Assembly: GCF_001457595.1 (NCBI RefSeq)
Contig: NZ_LN831039.1
Span: 4,860,001-4,892,000, forward strand
Direction: 5' to 3'
Origin: Mycolicibacterium smegmatis
GTDB lineage: Bacteria > Actinomycetota > Actinomycetes > Mycobacteriales > Mycobacteriaceae
Length of the DNA: 32,000 bases
Positions 12,601-19,092 of this stretch are shown here, one piece after another (position 1 is the stretch's first letter; each line of letters opens with the position of its first letter). Below the pieces are notes generated by a model. That model did not search any database and was not told the origin of the DNA. It saw nothing but the letters and a program-made list of their open reading frames with translations. A program made the translations under genes and the position numbers.

Positions 12601-12874
12601 CGACCAGTTCGGACGCGACGGGCTCCAGCAGCAGCTCGGCCTCACCGGCCAGCGTCGCGAGCTCGGACTCGATACCGGCCGAGGACACCAGTTCCTCGAG
12701 GGTCTCCAGCCACGCGCTGCCCTGGCCGCCGAACGCGACGGCGTAGGGCTCGCCGGCACTGAGCCGGTCGACCAGGGCGTGGGCGGTGTCGGCAGCATTC
12801 CCGTCGGCCGTACGGTCAGATCCGGACTCGTCGTTCCAACCGGCGGGGACCCGGTCGTGTTCGTAGATCGTCAC
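3605..12874 (-). CDS. fas: Type I fatty acid synthase (multidomain FAS I)
   Basis: 3089-aa ORF from GTG 12874; acyltransferase GHSQG, nitronate monooxygenase-like ER (TPTTVDAKIVAAAANAGHWAELAGGGQ), MaoC-like dehydratase, malonyl/palmitoyl transferase GHSVGEYTALACVSG, ACP region (ALDSIESITDG), KR, and KS GACATAAVSVEEG. Confidence 0.98.
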   Translation of the reverse strand: MTIYEHDRVPAGWNDESGSDRTADGNAADTAHALVDRLSAGEPYAVAFGGQGSAWLETLEELVSSAGIESELATLAGEAELLLEPVASELVVVRPIGFEPLQWVRALAAEEPVPSDKQLTSAAVSVPGVLLTQIAAVRALARQGMDLTATPPVAVAGHSQGVLAVQALAAKGAKDVELLALAQLIGAAGTLVARRRGITVLGDRPPMVSVTNADPERIYELLEEFSSDVRTVLPPVLSIRNGRRSVVITGTPEQLSRFELYCTQIAEKEEAERKNKLRGGAVFAPVFDPVQVEVGFHTPRLSDGIEIVGRWAETVGLDVELAKELTESILVRQVDWVDEITELHEAGARWILDLGPGDILTRLTAPVIRGLGIGIVPAATRGGQRNLFTVGAVPEVARPWSSYAPTVVKLPDGSVKLETKFTRLTGRSPILLAGMTPTTVDAKIVAAAANAGHWAELAGGGQVTEQIFNDRIAELETLLEPGRAIQFNTLFLDPYLWKLQVGGKRLVQRARQSGAPIDGLVVSAGIPDLEEAVDIIDELNEVGISHVVFKPGTVEQIRSVIRIAAEVPTKPVIVHIEGGRAGGHHSWEDLDDLLLATYSELRSRSNITICVGGGIGTPERSAEYLSGRWAEVHGYPLMPIDGILVGTAAMATLEATTSPQVKQLLVETKGTEAWVGAGKAANGMASGRSQLGADIHEIDNAASRCGRLLDEVAGDADAVAERRDEIIAAMAQTAKPYFGDVAEMTYLQWLRRYVELAIGDGNSTADTKRPDSPWLDITWRDRFEQMLKRAEARLHPQDFGPIETLFDADADGERLLEDPEAAITALLQRYPDAETVVLHPADVPFFVELCKTLGKPVNFVPVIDKDVRRWWRSDSLWQAHDARYEADQVCVIPGTAAVAGITRVDEPVGELLDRFEQAAVDEVLGAGAEPVEVLSRRQARRDASGPLAVVLDAPDVLWAGRMSVNPVHRIAAPTEWQVREGSDNRSASHPSTGARLEVADDQHVVLSVPLSGTWIEIRFTLTDVVRSGGAPIVEVDDAATAMRAVLAIAAGVEGPENLPKVVDNTATVTVDWDPERVADHTGVTATFGAPLAPTLTVVPDALVGRCWPAVFAAIGSAATDAGFPVIEGLLSLVHLDHAARLLAELPKEPAEFTVTAKASAATDTEVGRVVPVSVEVRNAADGALLATLEERFAIRGRTGAAELTDPVRAGGAISDNATDTPRRRRRDVTVGAPVDMRPFAVVSGDHNPIHTDRAAALLAGLEGPIVHGMWLSAAAQHVVTATDGKPVPPAKLIGWTARFLGMVKPGDQVDFRVDRVGIDVGAEVLEVSARIGSELVMAATARLAAPKTVYAFPGQGIQHKGMGMEVRARSKAARKVWDSADKFTRETLGFSVLHVVRDNPTSLIASGVHYHHPDGVLFLTQFTQVAMATVAAAQVAEMREQGAFVEGAIACGHSVGEYTALACVSGVYELEALLEVVFHRGSKMHDIVPRDELGRSNYRLAAIRPSQIDLDDADVKDFVAEISERTGEFLEIVNFNLRGSQYAIAGTVAGLEALEEEIERRRQITGGKRSFILVPGIDVPFHSSVLRVGVADFRRSLERVMPRDKDPELIIGRYIPNLVPRPFTLDRDFIQEIRDLVPAEPLDEVLADYDTWRNEKPKELCRKVVIELLAWQFASPVRWIETQDLLFIEEAAGGLGVERFVEIGVKSAPTVAGLATNTLKLPEYSHSTVEVLNSERDAAVLFATDTDPEPEPEADEPTADAPAEAAPAAAAAPAPVAAPAAPSGGPRPDDITFDAADATVALIALSAKMRIDQIEALDSIESITDGASSRRNQLLVDLGSELNLGAIDGAAEADLGALKGQVTKLARTYKPFGPVLSDAINDQLRTVLGPSGKRPAYITERVTKTWELGPGWAKHVTVEFALGTREGSSVRGGDLGGLHAGALASAADVDKVIDGAVAAVAARRGISVSLPSAGGASGGVVDSAALGEFAEKVTGPDGVLASAARLVLNQLGLSDVVTTPEAATDAELIDLVTAELGSDWPRLVAPTFDARKAVVFDDRWASAREDLVKLWLAEEGDIDAQWEQLSQRFEGTGHVVATQANWWQGKALAAGRNVHASLFGRIAAGAENPGKGRYSDEVAVVTGASKGSIAASVVGQLLDGGATVIATTSRLDDDRLAFYKQLYRDHARFDATLWVVPANMASYSDIDKLVEWVGTEQTESLGPQSIHLKDAQTPTLLFPFAAPRVAGDMSEVGSRAEMEMKVLLWAVQRLISGLSKIGAERDIASRLHVVLPGSPNRGMFGGDGAYGEAKSALDALENRWSAEKSWAERVSLAHALIGWTKGTGLMGQNDAIVSAVEEAGVTTYTTDEMAAMLLDLCTVETKVAAAGAPVKVDLTGGLGDIKIDMAELAAKAREEMSGAADESDDEAPAGTIRALPSPPRGYNPAPAPEWDDLDVDPADLVVIVGGAELGPYGSSRTRFEMEVSGELSAAGVLELAWTTGMVKWEDDPKAGWYDTETGELVPECEIVERYHDAVVERCGIREFVDDGAIDPDHASPLLVSVFLDKDFTFVVSSEADARAFVQFDPEHTVARPLPDSSDWEVTRKAGTEIRVPRKTKLSRTVGAQIPTGFDPTVWGISPDMASSIDRVALWNIVATVDAFLSSGFTPTELMRWVHPSQVASTQGTGMGGMTSMQTMYHGNLLGRAKPNDILQEVLPNVVAAHVMQSYVGGYGAMVHPVGACATAAVSVEEGVDKIKLGKADLVIAGGFDDLTLEAIIGFGDMAATADTEMMRAKGISDSKFSRANDRRRLGFLEAQGGGTILLARGDLALKMGLPVLAVVGYAQSFADGVHTSIPAPGLGALGAARGGRESTLARSLAQLGVGADDIAVISKHDTSTLANDPNETELHERIADSMGRAPGNPLFVVSQKTLTGHAKGGAAVFQMMGLCQILRDGVIPPNRSLDCVDDELATSGHFVWVREPLDLRGKFPLKAGLVTSLGFGHVSGLVALVHPEAFIAALDPSEREDYRTRAEQRMLAGQRRLVSAIAGGRPMYEKPADRRFDHDVPEKRQEAAMLLSTDARLGENDQYVL

Positions 12875-13142
12875 TGGGCGCTATCTCCTCGTGCTGCTCT
12901 GTCTGCTGCTGTCGTTGTCGCGTGTGGGCCTGTCGCGCAGGGCGGCGGCTCGGTGGTCTTGCGGGATCTCGTGGTGGTCTGTGGCGGTCTCGTGGGCGCG
13001 ACCTGGGCGCCTCGGTGCGTCAGGCCAACGGCGATTCGACGTCGAATCCTGGGGGCGTGCGGAGCGGTCCCGGGTGGGTCTGCTCGCGGCGGCGCCCTAA
13101 TAAGAGTGGCATAAGAACAGAGCGGCCTTTTCGGCGCGGATC

Positions 13143-13187
13143 GGTTACTGATGAGTTCTACGCACGGGTAACCGTCGGTAACGTTAC
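13143..13187. promoter_or_regulatory. Putative fas upstream operator region with GTTAC/GTAAC dyads
   Basis: GGTTAC (13143-13148), GGTAACC, and the perfect palindrome GTAACGTTAC (13178-13187), with GGTAAC repeated at 10-bp spacing, located about 270-315 bp upstream of the fas start. Confidence 0.55.
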
Positions 13188-14183
13188 GCGCCGCCGACGG
13201 GCGGCCCGAGGCGTTCAGGACAAACGTCCTGTTGGCAGGTGGTTACGGCCGAGTAGGGACAACACCGCAGATCAAGGCAGCATTGTTATCTAATCGTTAT
13301 CTAAATTTACGGGCCGGCAGACGCGTCTCGCTCAACCGCCGGAGAGTCGACAATCCGACCGAAACTGTCTAGTGAGCCGTACGGCTTGGCTCAAAAAGTT
13401 TGCTGAAAATATTACTAGTCAGTAAGGTTTTGCCGCCGCCGCGGTCCTGCGGCCGGTCGGTCGGTCCCTATCGCGGCGTGCGGACGTGGTTGATGCCGAC
13501 CCGGATCCCGCCAGCTGTGCGCTTGTCGATCTGCACCTCGTGCGGGCGCGCGGCAGGGTGCGTCAGCTTCTCGGCGAACCCCGGTTGCACTGCCGAAGGC
13601 AGGAACGGGGGCCATCCCGCAAAGCCTTCTCGAGGGTCCTGGCGTCGACGCACGCGGCGACCCGCCGCTCGCGGGCACCGCGCCGGTGGCCCGCGGATAC
13701 GGAGCGACCTGGCATTCGCACTGCTCGTAGCCCAGGATCGTCGTCGATCGAGGTTTTGAGCCGCGCGCCGCAGGAGCCGCCCGCGGCAACGTGTGACCGC
13801 CGCCCGCGCTCGGTCGGCGCACCCGCGGCATGCGAACCGAACCGATCCGCGGTGTCCGACTCTCCCAACCGACGGCAGGACGCGATCTTGAGCCCGTTCC
13901 GGTAGAGATCGCGTGCCTCCTTCGAGCCGGAGGGCGCACCGAACCGCCGCGCGCCGCCGGGTCTGCGTCCGGATACGTGGCGGATCGGGCCGATTGCTCC
14001 TGCGGCACGGATGCCGGAAACCTTGAGCGCGCCGGCCGAGTGACCGAGCAGCATGCCGGGTGGGCCCGCCGAAGCCTTCGGGACGCAGTTTGCCGACGAG
14101 ACGAAATCCGTGGCCTGAACAGGCTCATCACACGAAATCAAGATTGAGACTGCGAACACACCGCGGAATTCTTACGATGAGCC

Positions 14184-15290
14184 ATGCCTTCGGGGAGGGT
14201 CCAGAAAACGGCCGGCACACCACACGGCTCAGGAGCCACCGCCGTCGGTTCTGCGGATGCGGCGCCCCGCATCGAACTCGTCGGGGTCCGCAAGGTGTTC
14301 GGAGACGGCCGCCGCGAGGTCGTGGCGGTCGACCACGCCGATCTGACGGTCGCCGACGGCGAACTGTTCGCGATCCTCGGACCGTCCGGGTCGGGCAAGA
14401 CCACGGTGCTGCGGATGATCGCGGGTTTCGAGACCCCGACCTCGGGGACCATCCGGCTCGGTGGGACCGACGTCACCGGGGTGCCCGCGCGGCACCGCGA
14501 TGTCAACACCGTGTTCCAGGAGTACGCGTTGTTCCCCCACATGACCGTCGCGCAGAACATCGAATACGGCCTGCGGGTGCGCGGCGTCGGCAAAGCCGAA
14601 CGACGCCGCCGTGCGGCCGACGCGCTCGACATGGTGCGGCTGACCGATCAGGCGCGCAGGCGCCCCATCCAGTTGTCGGGCGGCCAGCGACAGCGCGTCG
14701 CGCTCGCACGCGCACTCGTCGGCCGCCCGCGTGTACTGCTGCTCGACGAACCCCTCGGCGCACTCGACCTCAAGCTGCGCGAGCAGATGCAGGTCGAACT
14801 CAAGGCGATCCAGCGCGAGGTGGGGATCACGTTCGTCATCGTCACCCACGACCAGGACGAGGCCCTCACGCTGTGTGACCGGCTCGCGGTGTTCAACAAC
14901 GGCCGCATCGAGCAGGTGGGCGGGGCCCGCGAGGTCTACGAACACCCTGCCAACCGCTTCGTCGCCGACTTCGTCGGCACCTCGAACGTTCTCGACGGCG
15001 AGGACGCCGTGGCGGTGTTCGGCCGGTCGGGCACCCTCGCGGTGCGGCCCGAGCGCATCGCCGTCGCCCCCGCGGGAACAGAACCGGCAGCCGGGCACCG
15101 CGGCATCGCGGCGACGGTCACCGAGATCATCTACGCGGGCCCGCTCACCCGCATCGCCGCGACCACCGCGGGCGGGGTCGCCGTCAACGCCAGCGTGCTC
15201 ACATCGAGTTCGTCTCTGCCGCAAGATATCTCCCACGGTTCTCCGATCACGTTGACGTGGCCGGAGTCCGCCGTCCACCACCTCGACTGA
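14184..15290 (+). CDS. ABC transporter ATP-binding protein, spermidine/putrescine (PotA)-like
   Basis: Walker [10 protein letters not shown], signature LSGGQRQR, Walker [13 protein letters not shown], plus C-terminal TOBE-like region; upstream of a PotD/B/C-like gene set. Start codon may lie downstream of 14184. Confidence 0.9.
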   Translation: MPSGRVQKTAGTPHGSGATAVGSADAAPRIELVGVRKVFGDGRREVVAVDHADLTVADGELFAILGPSGSGKTTVLRMIAGFETPTSGTIRLGGTDVTGVPARHRDVNTVFQEYALFPHMTVAQNIEYGLRVRGVGKAERRRRAADALDMVRLTDQARRRPIQLSGGQRQRVALARALVGRPRVLLLDEPLGALDLKLREQMQVELKAIQREVGITFVIVTHDQDEALTLCDRLAVFNNGRIEQVGGAREVYEHPANRFVADFVGTSNVLDGEDAVAVFGRSGTLAVRPERIAVAPAGTEPAAGHRGIAATVTEIIYAGPLTRIAATTAGGVAVNASVLTSSSSLPQDISHGSPITLTWPESAVHHLD

Positions 15291-15310
15291 TGCTCACGAA
15301 GGGGCCGACG

Positions 15311-16516
15311 ATGAAGTTCTCTGCCATGCGCAATGCCGTGCGTACCGCGTTCGTGCTCGCCGCGTGTGCGACGCTCGTCGCCGCCTGCTCGGATTCGCAG
15401 CAGAACGGCGGCGGTGAGGGCGGCTCACCACCGCAGATGGAACCGCTGAGCGCCGTGGGCGACGGCGAAGGCCAGTTGAACCTGGTCGCGTGGGCCGGTT
15501 ACGCCGAGGACGGCTCCAACGATCCGGCGGTCGACTGGGTGACACCGTTCGAGCAGCAGACCGGGTGCCAGGTGAACGTGAAGGTGGGCAACACCTCCGA
15601 CGAGATGGTGCAGTTGATGAGAAGCGGCCAGTACGACGGTGTCTCGGCATCCGGCGACGCCACGCTGCGGCTCATCTACGCCGGTGACGTCGCGCCGGTG
15701 AACACCGATCTGGTGCCCAACTACGCGACGGTCTCGGACTTCCTCAAGGACAAGCCGTGGAACTCCGTCGACGGCCAGATGTACGGGGTTCCACACGGCT
15801 GGGGCGCAAACCTGTTGATGTACAACGTCAACGTGGTGCGCGACGCCCCCAATTCGTGGGCCGCGGTGTTCGACGACGCCGCCAAGTACAGGGGCAAGGT
15901 CACCGCGTACGACTCCCCCATCTACATCGCCGACGCGGCGCTGTACCTGTCGAAGTCCAAGCCGGAACTCGGCATCGAGGACCCGTACTCGCTGACACCC
16001 GAACAACTCGACGCCGCAACCGAACTGCTCAAGACCCAGCGCGAGAACATCGGCGAGTACTGGTCGGACTACACCAAGGAGGTGCAGGCCTTCGAGTCGG
16101 GCACCTCGGTGATCGGCACCACCTGGCAGGTCATCGCCAACACCATCGGCGCGGACAACAAGGTCCAGGTCAACACCGTGCTGCCCAAGGAGGGGTCGAC
16201 CGGTTGGTCGGACACCTGGATGCTGTCGTCGAAGGCCGCCCACCCGAACTGCATGTACAAGTGGATGGACTGGATCATCTCTCCCGAGGTCAACGCACAG
16301 GTCGCGGAGTACTTCGGCGAGGCGCCGGCCCAGACGAAGGCGTGCGAACACACCACCCAGAAGGACTTCTGCGACATCTACCACGCGACCGACGCCGACT
16401 TCGCCGCCAAGATCGCCTACTGGACCACACCGCAGACCAAGTGCGTCGACGGAAGCGGCGACGGCTGCACGGCCTACAGCGAGTGGGTCGACAAGTGGCA
16501 GCAGGTCAAGGGCTGA
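15311..16516 (+). CDS. Extracellular solute-binding lipoprotein, PotD-like
   Basis: MKFSAMRNAVRTAFVLAACATLVAACSDSQQN signal peptide with LVAAC lipobox; QLNLVAWAGYAEDG, MYGVPHGWGANLLMYN. Internal ATG 15311 preferred over 15257, which would overlap the ATPase gene. Confidence 0.88.
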   Translation: MKFSAMRNAVRTAFVLAACATLVAACSDSQQNGGGEGGSPPQMEPLSAVGDGEGQLNLVAWAGYAEDGSNDPAVDWVTPFEQQTGCQVNVKVGNTSDEMVQLMRSGQYDGVSASGDATLRLIYAGDVAPVNTDLVPNYATVSDFLKDKPWNSVDGQMYGVPHGWGANLLMYNVNVVRDAPNSWAAVFDDAAKYRGKVTAYDSPIYIADAALYLSKSKPELGIEDPYSLTPEQLDAATELLKTQRENIGEYWSDYTKEVQAFESGTSVIGTTWQVIANTIGADNKVQVNTVLPKEGSTGWSDTWMLSSKAAHPNCMYKWMDWIISPEVNAQVAEYFGEAPAQTKACEHTTQKDFCDIYHATDADFAAKIAYWTTPQTKCVDGSGDGCTAYSEWVDKWQQVKG

Positions 16517-17334
16517 CAGACCGGGCTCGGCTGGCGTTCCTGCTGACGCCGCCGCTGGCCTGGCTGGTCGTCGCCTATCTGGGATCGCTTGCGGTACTTC
16601 TCGTTTCGGCCTTCTGGCAGACCAACGAGTTCACCGGCGCGGTGGTGCGCGCCTTCACGCTGCACAACATCGAGCGCGTGCTCACCGACGAGGTGTTCCG
16701 CGTGGCCACGCTGCGCACGCTCGGGGTGGCGCTGACCGTCACGGTCATCTGCGCGGCACTCGCCGTGCCCATCGCGCTGTACATGGCCAAGATCGCCTCG
16801 CCGCGTGCCCGGCTGATCCTGGTGGTCGCGGTGACCACGCCGCTGTGGGCCAGTTACCTGGTCAAGGCCTACGCGTGGCGCATGCTGCTCTCCCCGGAGG
16901 GACCGTTGTCGTGGGCGACGGGGTTCACGCCCGGCTACGGCATCGTCGCCACCGTGGCCACCCTGACCTATCTGTGGTTGCCGTACATGGTGATCCCGGT
17001 CTACGCGGCGTTCGAGCGGATCCCCGACGCGCTGGTCGACGCCAGTTCGGACCTCGGCGCGTCCGATTTCGCGACCATGCGGATGGTGCTGGCCCCGTTG
17101 GTCTTCCCGGGGATCGCGGCGGGCTCGATCTTCACGTTCTCACTGTCGCTCGGCGACTACATCGCCGTGACGATCGTCGGAGGGAAGACGCAGATGCTGG
17201 GCAACATCATCTACGGCCAGCTCGTCACCGCCAACAACCAGCCGCTTGCGGCCGCGCTGTCGATCATCCCGCTCGCCGCGATCGTCGCCTATCTGCTGGC
17301 GATGCGGCGCACGGGTGCACTGGAGAACGTGTGA
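16495..17334 (+). CDS. ABC transporter permease, PotB-like
   Basis: In-frame GTG 16495 within the long ORF 15757..17334; LTDRARLAFLLTPPLAWLVVAYLGSLAVLLVSAFWQ and EAA-like loop VDASSDLGASDFATMRMVLAPLVFPGI. Upstream part of the long ORF is an antiphase overlap with the binding-protein gene. Confidence 0.87.
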   Translation: MAAGQGLTDRARLAFLLTPPLAWLVVAYLGSLAVLLVSAFWQTNEFTGAVVRAFTLHNIERVLTDEVFRVATLRTLGVALTVTVICAALAVPIALYMAKIASPRARLILVVAVTTPLWASYLVKAYAWRMLLSPEGPLSWATGFTPGYGIVATVATLTYLWLPYMVIPVYAAFERIPDALVDASSDLGASDFATMRMVLAPLVFPGIAAGSIFTFSLSLGDYIAVTIVGGKTQMLGNIIYGQLVTANNQPLAAALSIIPLAAIVAYLLAMRRTGALENV

Positions 17335-18134
17335 TGTTCTCGCGCAACGGGATCAGGGCGTTACGGATCTGGACCGCCGTGGTTCTGGTGTTCCTGTACA
17401 TCCCCCTGCTGCTGGTCCTGATCAACGCGTTCAACGCATCCCGCACGTTCGCGTTCCCGCCGACCGGTTTCACGCTGGCCTGGTGGGCCGACGCGGCCCG
17501 CAGCCCGGGCATGTGGCACGCGCTGGCCAACTCCGTGGTGGTCGGTCTCGCGGCCACCGCGATCGCCCTGGTGCTGGGCACCATGATCGCGTTCGCCGTG
17601 CAGCGGCACCGGTTCTTCGGGCGCACCACGGTGAGTTTCCTCGTGGTGCTGCCGATCACGCTGCCGGGCATCGTCACCGGCATCGCGCTCAACGCGACGT
17701 TCACCTCGGCGCTCGGGCTGATGCTCGGGATGGCCACGGTGATCATCGGCCACGCGACGTTCTGCATCGTGATCGTCTTCAACAACACCCAGGCGCGGCT
17801 GCGTCAGATGGGTTCGAGCCTGCAGGACGCGTCGGCCGATCTCGGCGCGTCGTCGTGGCAGACGTTCCGGTTCGTCACGTTCCCGATGATGCGCGGCGCG
17901 TTGCTCGCCGGCGCGATCCTGGCCTTCGCGCTGTCGTTCGACGAGATCGTGGTGACGACGTTCACCGCGGGACCCACGGTGCAGACACTGCCGATCTGGA
18001 TCTTCTCGAACCTCTTCCGGCCCAATCAGGCGCCGGTGATCAACGTCGTGGCGGCGGCACTGACCGTGTTGGCGATCATCCCGGTATGGCTCGCGGGGCG
18101 TTTCGGGGGTGACCCCGCCGGAGCGCGGGTCTAG
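17334..18134 (+). CDS. ABC transporter permease, PotC-like
   Basis: ATG 17334 overlaps the previous stop (TGATG); MFSRNGIRALRIWTAVVLVFLYIPLLLVLINAFNASRTF and EAA-like loop QDASADLGASSWQTFRFVTFPMM. Confidence 0.9.
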   Translation: MFSRNGIRALRIWTAVVLVFLYIPLLLVLINAFNASRTFAFPPTGFTLAWWADAARSPGMWHALANSVVVGLAATAIALVLGTMIAFAVQRHRFFGRTTVSFLVVLPITLPGIVTGIALNATFTSALGLMLGMATVIIGHATFCIVIVFNNTQARLRQMGSSLQDASADLGASSWQTFRFVTFPMMRGALLAGAILAFALSFDEIVVTTFTAGPTVQTLPIWIFSNLFRPNQAPVINVVAAALTVLAIIPVWLAGRFGGDPAGARV

Positions 18135-18154
18135 TCAGGGTCTCGACGCCTGCT

Positions 18155-18817
18155 TCAGGACGCGCGAAGGTGCAGCGCGCGCCGGAAGGCCCGGTGGAAC
18201 GAATGGTTGAACGCCCGCGCCACGACCGTCGGCGTGATGTCCACGGCTTGCCCGCTCTCCGGATCGGAGGTGGATACCGCAGCAGCCTGTTCGGCCAGGT
18301 CGTCGACCGCATCCGCGGTCAAGCGCGCGACGCGCGCAGCGGTCCCGATCAGCGCCGGCTGATCGTCGCTGGCGGCAACCGCGGCACTGAGCGCGGGGTC
18401 GGTCAGCACGAAGACGCCGTCGGCCAACTCGGCGAGGCCTGCCTCGACCAGGGTGCGTGCGTCGGACTCCGACACGTCGGCGGTGATGGGAGAGCGGTGG
18501 GCGGTCAACTCGGCCCGCTCGATTCCCAGCGCCTCGGCGAGATCCTGCCCATGGCGGACGCTGCTGAAGAACTCGGCGATGTGTGCCGAACTGAAACCCT
18601 TGTTCAGCAACGAAGCGATCAGCCTGAGCTGGGCCACGTGTGCATCGTCGTAGTACGCCGAGCGACCCACCCGGCGAGGCGGGTCGAGGAGCCCGCGCTC
18701 GCGGTACGCGCGGATGTTTCGCGCGTTGACACCTGAGAGCTGGGCGAGTTCGTCCAATCGATACTCAGCCAACCCGACGTCCCCCGCGTCGCCCTGAACG
18801 GACACCCATGCCGCCAC
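18155..18817 (-). CDS. MerR-family transcriptional regulator
   Basis: N-terminal winged helix YRLDELAQLSGVNARNIRAYRERGLLDPPRRVGRSAYYDDAHVAQLRLIASLLNKGFSSAHI. Start may be internal to the ORF. Confidence 0.85.
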   Translation of the reverse strand: MAAWVSVQGDAGDVGLAEYRLDELAQLSGVNARNIRAYRERGLLDPPRRVGRSAYYDDAHVAQLRLIASLLNKGFSSAHIAEFFSSVRHGQDLAEALGIERAELTAHRSPITADVSESDARTLVEAGLAELADGVFVLTDPALSAAVAASDDQPALIGTAARVARLTADAVDDLAEQAAAVSTSDPESGQAVDITPTVVARAFNHSFHRAFRRALHLRAS

Positions 18818-18994
18818 CCTACCTCCGGCCGAACGTAGCGAGCAAATTTTTCAAGCGTGGCGCACAAACGACAGAACAAAGAACTTAGTCGCTCTTATCT
18901 GCAGCGATGTCGAGAAATCAGCCGCAGAAACTCCGTGACTATGCAATCTCAGCCAACTCTCAGGCTCGCGTTGCGCGACGGCGGGCCGGCGCAC

Positions 18995-19010
18995 GGTGAG
19001 TGAACTCACC
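18995..19010. promoter_or_regulatory. Inverted repeat, putative operator upstream of the MFS gene
   Basis: GGTGAGT-GA-ACTCACC, perfect 7-bp arms with 2-bp spacer, between the divergent MerR-like and MFS genes. Confidence 0.55.
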
Positions 19011-19092
19011 TCGGCAAAGATGGAATCCCCCGGCAGCGCTGCGCGACCATGGAGCCGGACATCAGAACAACGAGGGCTCGAAGAAAGGCAGC

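Noticed and set aside
10731-13114. Further long ORFs overlapping fas (10731..12569 -, 11120..13114 +)
   Set aside because: Low-complexity Arg/Gly/Pro compositions typical of wrong-frame reading in GC-rich genes.
13415-14159. ORFs 13415..14131 and 13563..14159 (minus strand) as genes
   Set aside because: Arg/Ser/Pro-rich, no motif, weak codon bias, no clear RBS; kept only as part of the unassigned-region finding.
15757-16494. Upstream part of ORF 15757..17334 as an extension of the permease
   Set aside because: It lies out of frame inside the solute-binding protein gene; permease homology begins only after about 16495.
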